Below are positions 28,812 through 38,551 of a DNA stretch of 64,000 nt, piece by piece. The notes below the pieces were generated by a model that did no database searches, was not told the DNA's origin, and was given only the letters and a program-made list of their open reading frames with translations. A program made the translations under genes and the position numbers. Where the stretch lies: the NCBI GenBank assembly GCA_029262755.1, contig JAJCYU010000008.1:114-64113 (forward strand). The letters are read 5' to 3'. The stretch comes from Anaerolineae bacterium (lineage in GTDB: Bacteria; Chloroflexota; Anaerolineae; Epilineales; Epilineaceae). Position 1 is the stretch's first letter. Every line of letters starts with the position of its first letter.

Positions 28812-30368
28812 CTATGGTGCCGGCGGAAAGCCTGCGTCCGGCGGGATCGGGCGACCGTCCGGGACGGCATCGATGACCGCGCATGCTTCGAGCTTGACGT
28901 CGCTCCAGTCGAAGCCTTCCGCTTGGAAGGTGGGGATGTCCACGATCCAGCGTTTGCGGCCCGCGTCCAGCAAGTAGACCTCGGGCCGGCTCGGGCACTT
29001 GAGCAGGATCGGTGCAGGGCGTTCGAACACGACGCGTTGGATCTGGGGCGGGAGGTCGGCGACCTCGGCCTCGTCGATGCCGAACAGCCATGGCAGGGCA
29101 AGCAGCGTCAGCGCGGCCCACAGCGCGTAGGGCGCCAGGCCGTCGGCGAGGGCGCGGCGGAGGGCGGGTAGCCACGCGTCCGCCTCGGCGCAGCGTTGGA
29201 GCCAGAGCAGGCGGGCGAGAAGCGCGAGGTTGATCGTCGTCCAGCCGAGAAAGACGAGGCGGTTGGGCGTGAGGCGATCTTGCACCGTGCGATAGCCGAT
29301 GGCGGCCAGCGCGTAGAGGCCCACCACGAGCGCAAGCGTGGCCAACGCGATCACGCCGCGGCGGAGCCAGGTGCGTTGTCGCGCGTCGAGATCGGCGGCG
29401 TCGCGCGGTGTGACGCCGATCAGGAGGGCCATGACCGCGAAGAGCATGGCGTTGAAGGCCACGAGGACATCGCGGTTCTCGAAGGGCGCGCGGGCGTTGG
29501 CCGGGAGGAAACCGAGGAAGACTACGAGCACCAACAGCGTGATCGGCAGCAGGAGGCGCAGGAACAAGGTGACGAGGCGGCCCGGGCCGGCGTCCAGGCG
29601 TTGGCCGCGTGGCGGTACGCCGGGCTCGATGGTCAACGCGGCGGCCAACACCGCCACGAAGCCCGCACCGCCCGCATAGAACAGCCGCTGGATTTCGTTG
29701 GAAGGGAACAGGTCCATCGCGTCGAAGAGGCCGAAGGTCAGGCCCGTGAACAGGGCGACGATGATGCCGCACAGCCCGGCGACAACCACGTACTCGAGGG
29801 ATTTGAGGAGGAAGGCGAAGCGGTCGTCGACGCCGCGCGCGTCTTTGAGCGCGAAGGCGCCGATGGCGGCCCAGCTCAGCAGCAGCAGCGAGAGCGTGGA
29901 CACGCCGATGTATTGATCCTGGTAGACCCGCGTCCCGACCTGCGGGTAGGCCCACAGGACGTAGAGGACCGCGCCGGCCAGCGGCGCCGTGACGGCGAGG
30001 GCGCGGCGCCAGCGACGCTCGCCTGCGCCGGACAAGAAGGCAACGATGGCGATTGCGGCCAGCGGCGCGCCCAGCAGGACGAACAGGGGCGTGCTCGCGG
30101 TCCGGGTGGAGGCGTCAAAGGGGTTCGTGATGGCGATCTTGAAGCGCTCGTCATCCGACACGAGCCAGAAGACGAAGCCCGCCGCAAGCGCGAGCGGGAC
30201 GGCCCACGCCCACGCGACCGAGCGACGTTGCGCGCCGGCCGCCGCGTGGCGGAGGCGGTAGTGCCATGCGGCCAGCAGCTGGTTGTCGCCCGCCACGGCA
30301 TGTTCGGCGTGAAGGGCATCGGCGAAGGCCTCGCCCTCGCCGCGGGCCACGGCCTCGTGATAGGCCAT
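28812..30368 (-). CDS. polytopic membrane protein (DUF4153-like)
   Basis: About ten hydrophobic segments; NRDVLVAFNAML; YR....LTPNRL..LGW; soluble C-terminal domain. Confidence 0.75.
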   Translation of the reverse strand: MAYHEAVARGEGEAFADALHAEHAVAGDNQLLAAWHYRLRHAAAGAQRRSVAWAWAVPLALAAGFVFWLVSDDERFKIAITNPFDASTRTASTPLFVLLGAPLAAIAIVAFLSGAGERRWRRALAVTAPLAGAVLYVLWAYPQVGTRVYQDQYIGVSTLSLLLLSWAAIGAFALKDARGVDDRFAFLLKSLEYVVVAGLCGIIVALFTGLTFGLFDAMDLFPSNEIQRLFYAGGAGFVAVLAAALTIEPGVPPRGQRLDAGPGRLVTLFLRLLLPITLLVLVVFLGFLPANARAPFENRDVLVAFNAMLFAVMALLIGVTPRDAADLDARQRTWLRRGVIALATLALVVGLYALAAIGYRTVQDRLTPNRLVFLGWTTINLALLARLLWLQRCAEADAWLPALRRALADGLAPYALWAALTLLALPWLFGIDEAEVADLPPQIQRVVFERPAPILLKCPSRPEVYLLDAGRKRWIVDIPTFQAEGFDWSDVKLEACAVIDAVPDGRPIPPDAGFPPAP

Positions 30369-30590
30369 CTCGAGCCGCTCTGGGTCATGCGCGAGGGCGC
30401 GAATCGTCTCGCTAAGGGATACGGGTGGGCTCCCGGGGTGTGCGTGCAGGGCACGTGCGATGCGTCGCCGTGTTCGGGTCGGCGTCGGCGGAACATCGAC
30501 TGTATCTGGATGGTACGACGGGCGCCGCTCGTTGGTCGAGCGCTCACCTGACGGTTGCGTGCCGGAGGGGCGCTGAACGTGCGTCGCGCT

Positions 30591-30632
30591 GTACGGATCG
30601 TATGACGAGCGGTACGGATCGTACGACGAGCG
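30591..30632. repeat. 21-bp tandem duplication
   Basis: gtacggatcgtaYgacgagcg x2. Confidence 0.7.
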
Positions 30633-30744
30633 GTGCTTGCGGGTCTCCGGTCGGTGGTGGAACCATGGAGGTTGAGGCGACCCCCTTGTCGGCCTGATGC
30701 GTACCCAGTTCTAGGCGATGCGCGCGAAGGAGGGCAGCAACGAA

Positions 30745-31296
30745 ATGGCGAGCCGATACAATTTCGAGGCATACGATCCGGCATGGCCGGCGGCCTTCGA
30801 GCGCGAGGCGGAGCGGTTGCGCGCGCTTCTCGGCGACGCGCTGGTCGCGATTCATCACGTGGGCAGCACATCGGTGCCCGGATTGGCGGCCAAACCGATC
30901 ATCGACCTGCTGCCGTTGGCGAGCACGATCGAGCACATCGACCGGGCATCGCCGGTCATGGTGGACGCAGGCTACCGGGCCTGGGGTGAGTACCACCTGC
31001 CTGGGCGGCGCTATTTTACACGCGACCGGGACGGGTGGCGCACACACAACGTGCATATCTACGCCGTGGACAATCCCGACGTCCCGCGCCACATCGCGCT
31101 GCCCGCCTACTTGCGGGCGCACGACGACAAGGCTGCGGAGTACGCGACCCTCAAGCGCGAGGCCTACCGGCTGCACCCGGCCGACATCGACGCATACAAC
31201 GATGCGAAGGACGCGTGGATCAAGGCGCTGGAGCCCGTAGCGCTCGCGTGGTGGCGGTCCGCGGGCGGGGATGTGGGCGCCGATCCGGTGTCATGA
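30745..31296 (+). CDS. GrpB/UPF0157 nucleotidyltransferase-fold protein
   Basis: YDPAWP..F..E, HHVGSTSVPGLAAKPIID, YLR.H, EY..LK, YNDAK. Confidence 0.9.
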   Translation: MASRYNFEAYDPAWPAAFEREAERLRALLGDALVAIHHVGSTSVPGLAAKPIIDLLPLASTIEHIDRASPVMVDAGYRAWGEYHLPGRRYFTRDRDGWRTHNVHIYAVDNPDVPRHIALPAYLRAHDDKAAEYATLKREAYRLHPADIDAYNDAKDAWIKALEPVALAWWRSAGGDVGADPVS

Positions 31297-31324
31297 GATG
31301 GGGGGACCGGGGGTTAGGGAGGGC

Positions 31325-33598
31325 ATGTGCGTTCATGAGAACCCCGAAGTGATGCTCGTCTCCCGGCCGGCCGGCATGGGGATTGTGCGGCCGCGTTTCG
31401 CCATGTGCACCCTGTCGGCCCTGATCACGCTGCTCGTCGCCGGAGAGCCGATGTTTGCATCGACCCCGTCGCCATCGATGTCCGCGCGCACCGCAGCCGC
31501 ACAGGGCGCCGGCCCCGTGGTCGAGGCGGAGCGCGGGGGCGACGTCTCCGCGGTGGCGACCGTCGGCGATCATGCCTACGTCGCGGTCGGGCGGCGGCTG
31601 CTCGTGCTGGCGCGATCCGACGTGGACGCCGGTCCGGTCGAGACGGGCGCGACGCTGATGCTGCCCGCGCGCTCGATGGACGGGGAGGGAGACCTGCTCG
31701 TGGTCGCGACCGGGGCGCCGGGCATTCCGGGCGCCGTCGCCGTAGTCGATATCGGCCGACCGACGCGGCCGCGCATCGTCGGCCGGCTCGTCGTGCGGGG
31801 TGCGCCGCGGCAGGTCGCGCTCGAGACGCGGGCGGACGGGAGCCGGTGGGCGTGGGTGGCGCTTGGCGTGGACGGACTGCTGCGCGTGGATGTGGGTGAT
31901 CCGACGGCGCCGCGTGTGCTGGACCGGTGGTCGCCGCCCGACGTCGACGGCAAGGCGCAACGCGTGCATGGCGTCGTTGGCGCGGCCCCAAGGGGAGGAG
32001 CGGGGACGGCGTCGCCTGGAGCGGGAGCAGCGGCGGAGTTCGACGGGGTCGCGCTTGTTCTGGGGACCACCGACGAGGAGTTCGACGATATCGCGACCGA
32101 TGTGATTTGGGTGCGCGCGGGGGGCGTTGGGGGAGGCGCCGGGGTGGAGTCGGTCGGCACACGTTCGGTGGGGGCTGGGACGGCCGATTGGTTCGCGGCG
32201 CCCGGGCACGTGGTCTACCTGAGCCGACGCTTCGTGCATGTCTTGCCCATTGGACAGGCCGCGGCGTCGAAGGAGCACGCCCCGATATTGCAAGGTGATA
32301 CGGAGATCCTTCGTGCCGTCGTCGTGGACGACCGTCTCGTGATCGCGCGGAATGCGGTATCCGATGACGGCGCCTTGGACTTGGACGTGCACCGTCTCGT
32401 CGACGCGGAGCGGGTCGGCTCCGGTCGGGTGGCCGGCGTCAGGACGGAGCCGCCGTTGCTCGTGCACGCGTGGAGCTCGATCCTGGTCGCGGCGGAGGAT
32501 GCGGTCCAATTGGTGGACATGGACGGGGCGCCGCGGCTCGTTCGGCGATGGCCGGTGTCGACAGGGCGCTATACGCAGATCCGCGCCTTCGAGGGCGGAT
32601 GGTTGGCGGTGACCGAGCCCGGGGACCTCCAGTGGTTGGATCCGGATGGGGTGCGTCGGGAAGGAGGGCTGACCGAGGAACCCGTCGCACAGGTGTTTGT
32701 CATGGGCGATCGGCTGGTGAGCTTTGCGTTCCAGTCAATGTCGCTTCAGCGGTTGGAGCCCATCGCGGATCCCGGGCCGGGCCCGCGGTGGCGGTATGGA
32801 CGCATCCTGCTCCAAGGACTCGTCAACTCGCGGAACACGGTCCGGGTCTCGGATGACTTGCTGGGCGCCTGGGGTGTTCACGGTGCCGTGGTGCGCGTGG
32901 CACGGTGGATCGACGAGGACCTTGCAGCGTACCCGCGCGACATATTGGCCGGCTTGCCGCGCAGACCGGCGCCCTTTCTCCTCGATGGATTCGAGCTCTG
33001 GGTGACGAACAGTCGCGGGCCGCTGGACGGCTATCGGTACTCGGGCAATGATCGCGAGGATTTCGCGAGCGGCGGCGTACCGGGCTCAAGGCCCTTCGTG
33101 TCCACCGCCATGGCGGGACACGAACGACAGTTCGTGATCGGCGATGCGAACGGCGTGATCGTGCATCTGGACATGCGCGACACCCCGGACGGCCGCGTCG
33201 CATGGAACATGGACGTTCCAGGAGCGCTGACGGGCCTCGCGCTCTGGGAAGAGCAAGCTTGGGCGGCATGGGGATCGCCCACGTCGGGCCTTGGCGCCAT
33301 CGCATCCTCAACGGACCACGCGGTGCCGCTGGGCGACGTGCCGCTCGTGGGCACGCCGCGGCAGCTCACGGCCATCGACGGCAGTCTCTGGGTCGTACAG
33401 GACAACGGTGCGCTGACACGCTATGCGTTCCCACGCGTCGAGCCCGTGCGCACGCCGGTCCCGACGGCGGCGGCGACCGCGCCGAGCGAGACGCCGGCCG
33501 CGACGGTCACGCCGCGCGGCGCGACGCCGGAGCCGTGGGCGGCCGCGTGGGCGTCGGGGCGGCGGATCGCGCTGCCGCTGGTGCGACGGGAGCAGTAG
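31325..33598 (+). CDS. exported beta-propeller (LVIVD-like) protein with PT linker and IALPLVRR tail
   Basis: Signal-like LSALITLLVAG; blade motifs AYVAVG, VVDIG.P..P, GLLRVDV.DP. Start uncertain. Confidence 0.72.
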   Translation: MCVHENPEVMLVSRPAGMGIVRPRFAMCTLSALITLLVAGEPMFASTPSPSMSARTAAAQGAGPVVEAERGGDVSAVATVGDHAYVAVGRRLLVLARSDVDAGPVETGATLMLPARSMDGEGDLLVVATGAPGIPGAVAVVDIGRPTRPRIVGRLVVRGAPRQVALETRADGSRWAWVALGVDGLLRVDVGDPTAPRVLDRWSPPDVDGKAQRVHGVVGAAPRGGAGTASPGAGAAAEFDGVALVLGTTDEEFDDIATDVIWVRAGGVGGGAGVESVGTRSVGAGTADWFAAPGHVVYLSRRFVHVLPIGQAAASKEHAPILQGDTEILRAVVVDDRLVIARNAVSDDGALDLDVHRLVDAERVGSGRVAGVRTEPPLLVHAWSSILVAAEDAVQLVDMDGAPRLVRRWPVSTGRYTQIRAFEGGWLAVTEPGDLQWLDPDGVRREGGLTEEPVAQVFVMGDRLVSFAFQSMSLQRLEPIADPGPGPRWRYGRILLQGLVNSRNTVRVSDDLLGAWGVHGAVVRVARWIDEDLAAYPRDILAGLPRRPAPFLLDGFELWVTNSRGPLDGYRYSGNDREDFASGGVPGSRPFVSTAMAGHERQFVIGDANGVIVHLDMRDTPDGRVAWNMDVPGALTGLALWEEQAWAAWGSPTSGLGAIASSTDHAVPLGDVPLVGTPRQLTAIDGSLWVVQDNGALTRYAFPRVEPVRTPVPTAAATAPSETPAATVTPRGATPEPWAAAWASGRRIALPLVRREQ

Positions 33599-33719
33599 GG
33601 CGGGCGTTGGTGGGACTCGTCCCTTTGGGGAGGGGAGCGTGTCCATAGCAACGGGCGGAAACGTAGTCGTGGGCGGCATGGGGATGCGCGCTGGGACCGT
33701 GAACTTGGGGGAGGCAGCA

Positions 33720-36116
33720 GTGCAAGTGACGTCGATCATGCGCGGAGCGGTGATCGTCGGGAGCGTCGTCCTGGCTGCGCTGGCGCCGGGCGGTGTCCGG
33801 GGCGACATGGGGGTTCGGGGCGACGTGAAGCGCGACGAGGTCGGCCCCGTGGATCGGGCGTTGCGCGTCCCGATCTTGGACACAGGCGCGGTCGACGCCG
33901 CGTTTGCGGCGGATCTCGATCCGCTAGTAGATCCGCGCGTAGGCCCGCAATTCGGCCCGATCGTCAGCCCATTTCTCGATCCACGCCCTGACGCACCCCT
34001 TGCCGCCGCCGGCCTCCCCGCCGCCCCGAACTCCTTCGCGTTCACGCAGGGCGAAGACGGGATTGAGGTGGAGGCCGAGCTCGGCGGCGAGGTCAGCGCC
34101 GTGCAGTCGGTGGGGTCCTTGCTCTACGTGGCCGTGGGGCGGCGGATCGTCGTGATCGATCCCGCGTCGCCGGGGCGAGACGCTACGGATACCGGCATCC
34201 TGCTGCCGTTGCCCGTGCATGCGATGGACGCGCTCGGCGACCGGTTGGTCGCGATCACGGGCGTCATCCGGGGGCGGGCCACCCTTGAGGTGATCGACAT
34301 CGCTGTTCCGACGCAGCCGGTGCATCTTGGGGGCGTGTCGCTGCCGCGATTCGCGCTCGAGGTCGCGTTGGATGCGGCGGTGCCCGACGGTGCCCAGGCG
34401 TGGTTGGCGATGGGATCGGACGGGCTGTGGCGTGCGGACCTACGCGATCCCCGTGTACCGCGTGTTGCGCCGCAGTGGCGACCGCCCGATGCGTCCGGCG
34501 AGAAGCAGTCCGTGGCGGGCGTGATTCGCGCGGACGAGGGCGTCGCGGCGTTGGTGGGCCCGGCGAGGAGTGGCGCGATCCCGATGCAGCCGGTGCAGAT
34601 GGTGCATTGGTTGCGCATGGACGACGAAGGTCGTGCAGCGCAAGAGGTGGGGCGCCAGTCGCTGGGCGCGTCCTACCCAATCTGGCACCGGGCGCCGGGC
34701 TACTTGGTGTACGCGAATTCGTTGATGCTGCACGCCATGCCCATTCGCCGTGCCGAGGATGCGCAACGGTCCTCCGCCATCCGCCTTCCCGGAGGCTTGT
34801 ACTTGGCCGCGACCGTCGTGGGCGAACACGTGATGGTGGCGTACACCTTGACAGCCGATTGGTCCTTGCGCGTGGCGATCCACGCGCTCTCCGACGGCAA
34901 GGAGCTCCGCACCGAGCGGGTCGAAGAGATCGATGCGTCGGGATGGAAGCTGTTGGCCGAGCACGACGAGTCCTTGGTGATGGGTGCTTGGGATGCCTTG
35001 CATCTGCGCTCCGGCGGAGCGGGGCTGGGCGATGTCTCCATGTGGCCCGTGTCGCTTGGACGCTACGTGGCCATCGAGCGCTTCGGCGATGGCTGGCTGG
35101 TGCTGAGCGACGGGGGCGAGCTGCAGTTCATGGACATGGACGGACGCGTGGTCGAGCGCGGGCTGGTGGATCAGCCGCTGAAGCGCTTTGCGGTGATGGG
35201 CGATCGGCTGGTCGGCAGCACCCTGGTGGGCGAGTACTTCCATGTTCTCGAGCGCAGGGACGAAGGACAGGCCGGTTCGAAGTGGCAGTTGGGGAGTCGG
35301 CTTCCCATTCCTCGTCTCAACCGGGAGGATCGGTTCGCGGCGTCCAACGATCTCCTCGCGGTTTGGTCGGCGCACGAGAGGCAGATCCAGGCGGCCCGGT
35401 GGGTCGATGGTACGCTCACGTTGTTTCCCCAAGCCCTACGCGGAAGCCCTCCGGCGTTCTTGGTGGAAGGGGATGAAGTGTGGGTGGCGAACAACGGTGG
35501 TTCGCCGGTCCGCGTGTATCGGTGGAACGATGTCGGTCCGCCGCGTATCACCGGCCAGGTCGGGCTTCGTGCCATATTCGCGGCAACGACGCTCGCGCAG
35601 AGCGGCCGATTCGTTCTCCTCGGAGACTCCACGGGGCAGATCATCCAGGTCGATATGCTGACGTTGATTGGCCAACTCGATTGGCGGCTGGACATGCCCG
35701 CGGCGATAGACCAGCTCGCCCGCTACAAATCCCAAGGCTGGGCGACCTGGGGTGGCACGCAACCAGGCTTGGCGGCCATTGCGTGCGGCCGGACAGAGGG
35801 CATGCCTTTGGGATCGATCGGCCTGAATGGGGTGCCCAAAGCGTTGGCCGCCCGAGACGGCCACCTGTGGGTCATCCAGGAGAGTGGGGCGTTGACCCGC
35901 TACCGCTACCCAGGCGCAAACGTGGTGCGCGCGCCGAGCGCCACACCGACCGCGACGACCACGGCGCCGCCCACCGCGACGATGGCGCGGACGCCGACGG
36001 CGGTTGCAACAGCCACCGCGACGCGCAGCCCGGCGCTGGCGACGGCGGCGGCGCGGCGCGCGGGGTGGGCGGACGGGCGGACGATCGCGCTGCCGATCGC
36101 ACGGCGCGAGCCGTGA
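33720..36116 (+). CDS. exported beta-propeller protein, tandem paralogue of the upstream gene, IALPIARR tail
   Basis: GGAGG SD before GTG 33720. Shared blocks EAE.GG.VSAV, YVAVGRR, WPVS.GRY, VMGDRLV, LWV.Q..GALTRY. Confidence 0.72.
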   Translation: MQVTSIMRGAVIVGSVVLAALAPGGVRGDMGVRGDVKRDEVGPVDRALRVPILDTGAVDAAFAADLDPLVDPRVGPQFGPIVSPFLDPRPDAPLAAAGLPAAPNSFAFTQGEDGIEVEAELGGEVSAVQSVGSLLYVAVGRRIVVIDPASPGRDATDTGILLPLPVHAMDALGDRLVAITGVIRGRATLEVIDIAVPTQPVHLGGVSLPRFALEVALDAAVPDGAQAWLAMGSDGLWRADLRDPRVPRVAPQWRPPDASGEKQSVAGVIRADEGVAALVGPARSGAIPMQPVQMVHWLRMDDEGRAAQEVGRQSLGASYPIWHRAPGYLVYANSLMLHAMPIRRAEDAQRSSAIRLPGGLYLAATVVGEHVMVAYTLTADWSLRVAIHALSDGKELRTERVEEIDASGWKLLAEHDESLVMGAWDALHLRSGGAGLGDVSMWPVSLGRYVAIERFGDGWLVLSDGGELQFMDMDGRVVERGLVDQPLKRFAVMGDRLVGSTLVGEYFHVLERRDEGQAGSKWQLGSRLPIPRLNREDRFAASNDLLAVWSAHERQIQAARWVDGTLTLFPQALRGSPPAFLVEGDEVWVANNGGSPVRVYRWNDVGPPRITGQVGLRAIFAATTLAQSGRFVLLGDSTGQIIQVDMLTLIGQLDWRLDMPAAIDQLARYKSQGWATWGGTQPGLAAIACGRTEGMPLGSIGLNGVPKALAARDGHLWVIQESGALTRYRYPGANVVRAPSATPTATTTAPPTATMARTPTAVATATATRSPALATAAARRAGWADGRTIALPIARREP

Positions 36117-36233
36117 GGGACGGCGGTGTGTAGGACGACGTTGTGTTGCTCTCCTCGCGCGACGAATCACAAACGCAATTCTCGTCTAGCCAGGACACAA
36201 CCGGCGCATCCCGTCCACATCCCCCGACTCCGC

Positions 36234-37139
36234 CTACCCCTCGTCCGCGAGCAGCGCCGTGAGCGCGTCGAGGCCGTCCGTCAGGCAGGCAGGGCCCGGC
36301 TGGAGGATGATCTCGGCCGGGATTTCGTGGACGCGGCCGGTGCGGGCGGCGGTGATCGACGAGAGCGGCGTGCCGTCCGCGGCTTGGCGTGCCAGCGCGG
36401 CGGCGCGGTCGAAGGGTTTGCCGCACCAGGAGGCGAGGTAGATCTCGGGGTCGGCCGCGATGATCTCGTCGGCCCTCACGAAGCGTTCCTTGGCGAGCTT
36501 GCCGTGGGCGCGCGCAGCGAATACGTCGCGGCCGCCCGCCAGCTCGATCAGCTCCGAGACCCAGCGGATGCCGCAGATCGCGGGGTCGTCCCATTCCTCG
36601 AAGTAGACGCGCGGGCGTGCGATTCGCCGGGCGGCGCGCGTCGCTGCGCGTTCCAGGCGTTCGACGTAACCTGTCACCAGCGCCTCCGCGCGCTGCCGCG
36701 CGTCGACTAGGCGGCCCAGATCGAGGATCACATCCAGGATCTGGGTCAGGCTGCGCTGGTTGAAGATGAGCACCTGCAGATTGGCCGCGATCAGATCGCG
36801 CGCCAGATCAGCCTGAATGTCGGAGAAGCCGATGACCAGATCCGGCTCCAGCGCCACGATCTTGTCGACGCTGCCGCCGATGAAGGCCGACACGACGGGC
36901 TTGGTGGCCTTGGCCTCGGGTGGACGCACGGTGTAGGCGCTGATCCCGACGATGCGCGCTTGTTCGCCGAGCGCGTAGAGGATCTCCGTGGGCTCCTCGG
37001 TCAGGCAGACGATGCGTCGGGGGCCGCGGGGGAGGGCGGGGCGCGGGGGGGCGGGCGGCGCGGGCGAGGGGGCGGGGCGGTCGGCGGTGCCGGGGGTTTG
37101 CGAGTCGTCCGGTGCACTCGATCGTGTTGGTGTCGACAT
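36234..37139 (-). CDS. BtuF-like helical-backbone cobalamin/metal-binding protein
   Basis: PRRIVCLTEE.TE.LYALG, LEPDLVI, PRVYFEEW, ELIELAGG, ILQPGP. No signal peptide visible. Confidence 0.85.
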   Translation of the reverse strand: MSTPTRSSAPDDSQTPGTADRPAPSPAPPAPPRPALPRGPRRIVCLTEEPTEILYALGEQARIVGISAYTVRPPEAKATKPVVSAFIGGSVDKIVALEPDLVIGFSDIQADLARDLIAANLQVLIFNQRSLTQILDVILDLGRLVDARQRAEALVTGYVERLERAATRAARRIARPRVYFEEWDDPAICGIRWVSELIELAGGRDVFAARAHGKLAKERFVRADEIIAADPEIYLASWCGKPFDRAAALARQAADGTPLSSITAARTGRVHEIPAEIILQPGPACLTDGLDALTALLADEG

Positions 37140-37344
37140 AGGAGATCCGAAGTGTGGGCGGGATCGATCACGTCTTGGTGGTCGGCGCGTCCCGTGGTGG
37201 TGTCGAGGTGGCGGACCGGCATGGTAGCGGGTTGCTCGCATGCAAGGCTGCTACGCTTGCGAGGCGTCTCCCCATTGCACCCATTGCACCAATCGTCCCA
37301 ATCGCCCCCAACCGTCCCCCACGCTACACAAGGATTGCCTTCCC

Positions 37345-37962
37345 ATGCGCATCTTGCTCATCGGTTCCAGCGGCACCATCGGGTCCGCGGTCGCGACCGC
37401 GCTCACCGCGAGTGGTCACGAGATCGTCGGGGCATCCCGCGGCGGCGATGTCACGGTCGACATCGAAGACGCGGACTCCATCGCGGCGATGTACGCGACC
37501 GTGGCTGCGGGCGGCGCCGTCGATGCCGTGGTCAGCACCACGGGCTGGTCGACCTTCAAGCCGGTTGCGGAGGTGGATGCCGCGGACATCGAGCGGACTT
37601 GGCGCAACAAGGTCGCGGGGCAGATGAACATCGTCCGCCTCGGCATCCCGCACGTGGCGGACGGCGGCTCGTTCACGCTGACGGCCGGTGTCTTCTCGCA
37701 GCGGCCATGGCCGGGGGTGCCGCTGCCGGCCTCCGCGAACGGCGCCGTCGAGAGCTTCGGCCGTGCGGCCGCGTTGGACCTGCCGCGCGGACAGCGGCTG
37801 AACGTGGTGAGCCCCGGCTTCATCGAGGAGACCGCCAAGCGCATGGGCTACGAAGGCGAGCTCACCGCGTCCGAAGCAGCCGCAGCCTACGTGAAGCTCA
37901 TCGAGGGCGACGCGAACGGCACGGTCGTGTATCCGGGGATCGAGGACTTGCCGCAGGCCTGA
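37345..37962 (+). CDS. short-chain dehydrogenase/reductase
   Basis: IGSSGTIG Rossmann motif, GSFTLT.G, RLNVVSPG. Confidence 0.88.
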   Translation: MRILLIGSSGTIGSAVATALTASGHEIVGASRGGDVTVDIEDADSIAAMYATVAAGGAVDAVVSTTGWSTFKPVAEVDAADIERTWRNKVAGQMNIVRLGIPHVADGGSFTLTAGVFSQRPWPGVPLPASANGAVESFGRAAALDLPRGQRLNVVSPGFIEETAKRMGYEGELTASEAAAAYVKLIEGDANGTVVYPGIEDLPQA

Positions 37963-38059
37963 GCAGTCCATGGCGGGCAGCAGCCAGGACCGCTTGCGGC
38001 GAGCGCCGAAGCATGCTGGAATGCGGATGTTGTCGCCGAGTCGCGTAGAGGAGAACACC

Positions 38060-38551
38060 ATGAACTCCGAGCCGGATGGCGATCGCGAGAGCGGCCGGAC
38101 CGTCGACCCAACCCCCAACCCCGACCCCGTCCTCGAACGCCTGCGCGCTTTCTGCCTATCGTTGCCCGACACGGCGGAGAAGGAGACGTGGGAGCATCCG
38201 ACGTTCCGCGTGAACGACAAGATCTTCTGCACCTACAGCTACTCCGCAGGCTATGAGAGCGATCCGGCGGACGAGCCCGGCGGGGATCCGCGGCGTCCGA
38301 CGATCGGCTTCAAGCTCGAGAAGGAGCACCAAGCGTTGTTGGTCAACAGCGATCCTCGCGCACTGGTCGCGGCGTATGTGGGGCGGCACGGGTGGGTGAG
38401 CTTCAACGCATCCCATGCTGACAAGTGGGATGACGGGGCCTGGATGGAGATCCAGGAGCTGATCCTCGAGAGCTTCGACCTGATCGCCCCGAAGCGCACG
38501 CTGAAGAAGCTGGCGGCGTGGGAGGCAGATCGAAAGCCGCTTACACCCTAG
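38060..38551 (+). CDS. MmcQ/YjbR family protein
   Basis: LRAFCLSLP...PTFRVNDKIF, YVGRHGWV, ILESF.LIAPK. GAGGAG SD. Confidence 0.88.
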   Translation: MNSEPDGDRESGRTVDPTPNPDPVLERLRAFCLSLPDTAEKETWEHPTFRVNDKIFCTYSYSAGYESDPADEPGGDPRRPTIGFKLEKEHQALLVNSDPRALVAAYVGRHGWVSFNASHADKWDDGAWMEIQELILESFDLIAPKRTLKKLAAWEADRKPLTP

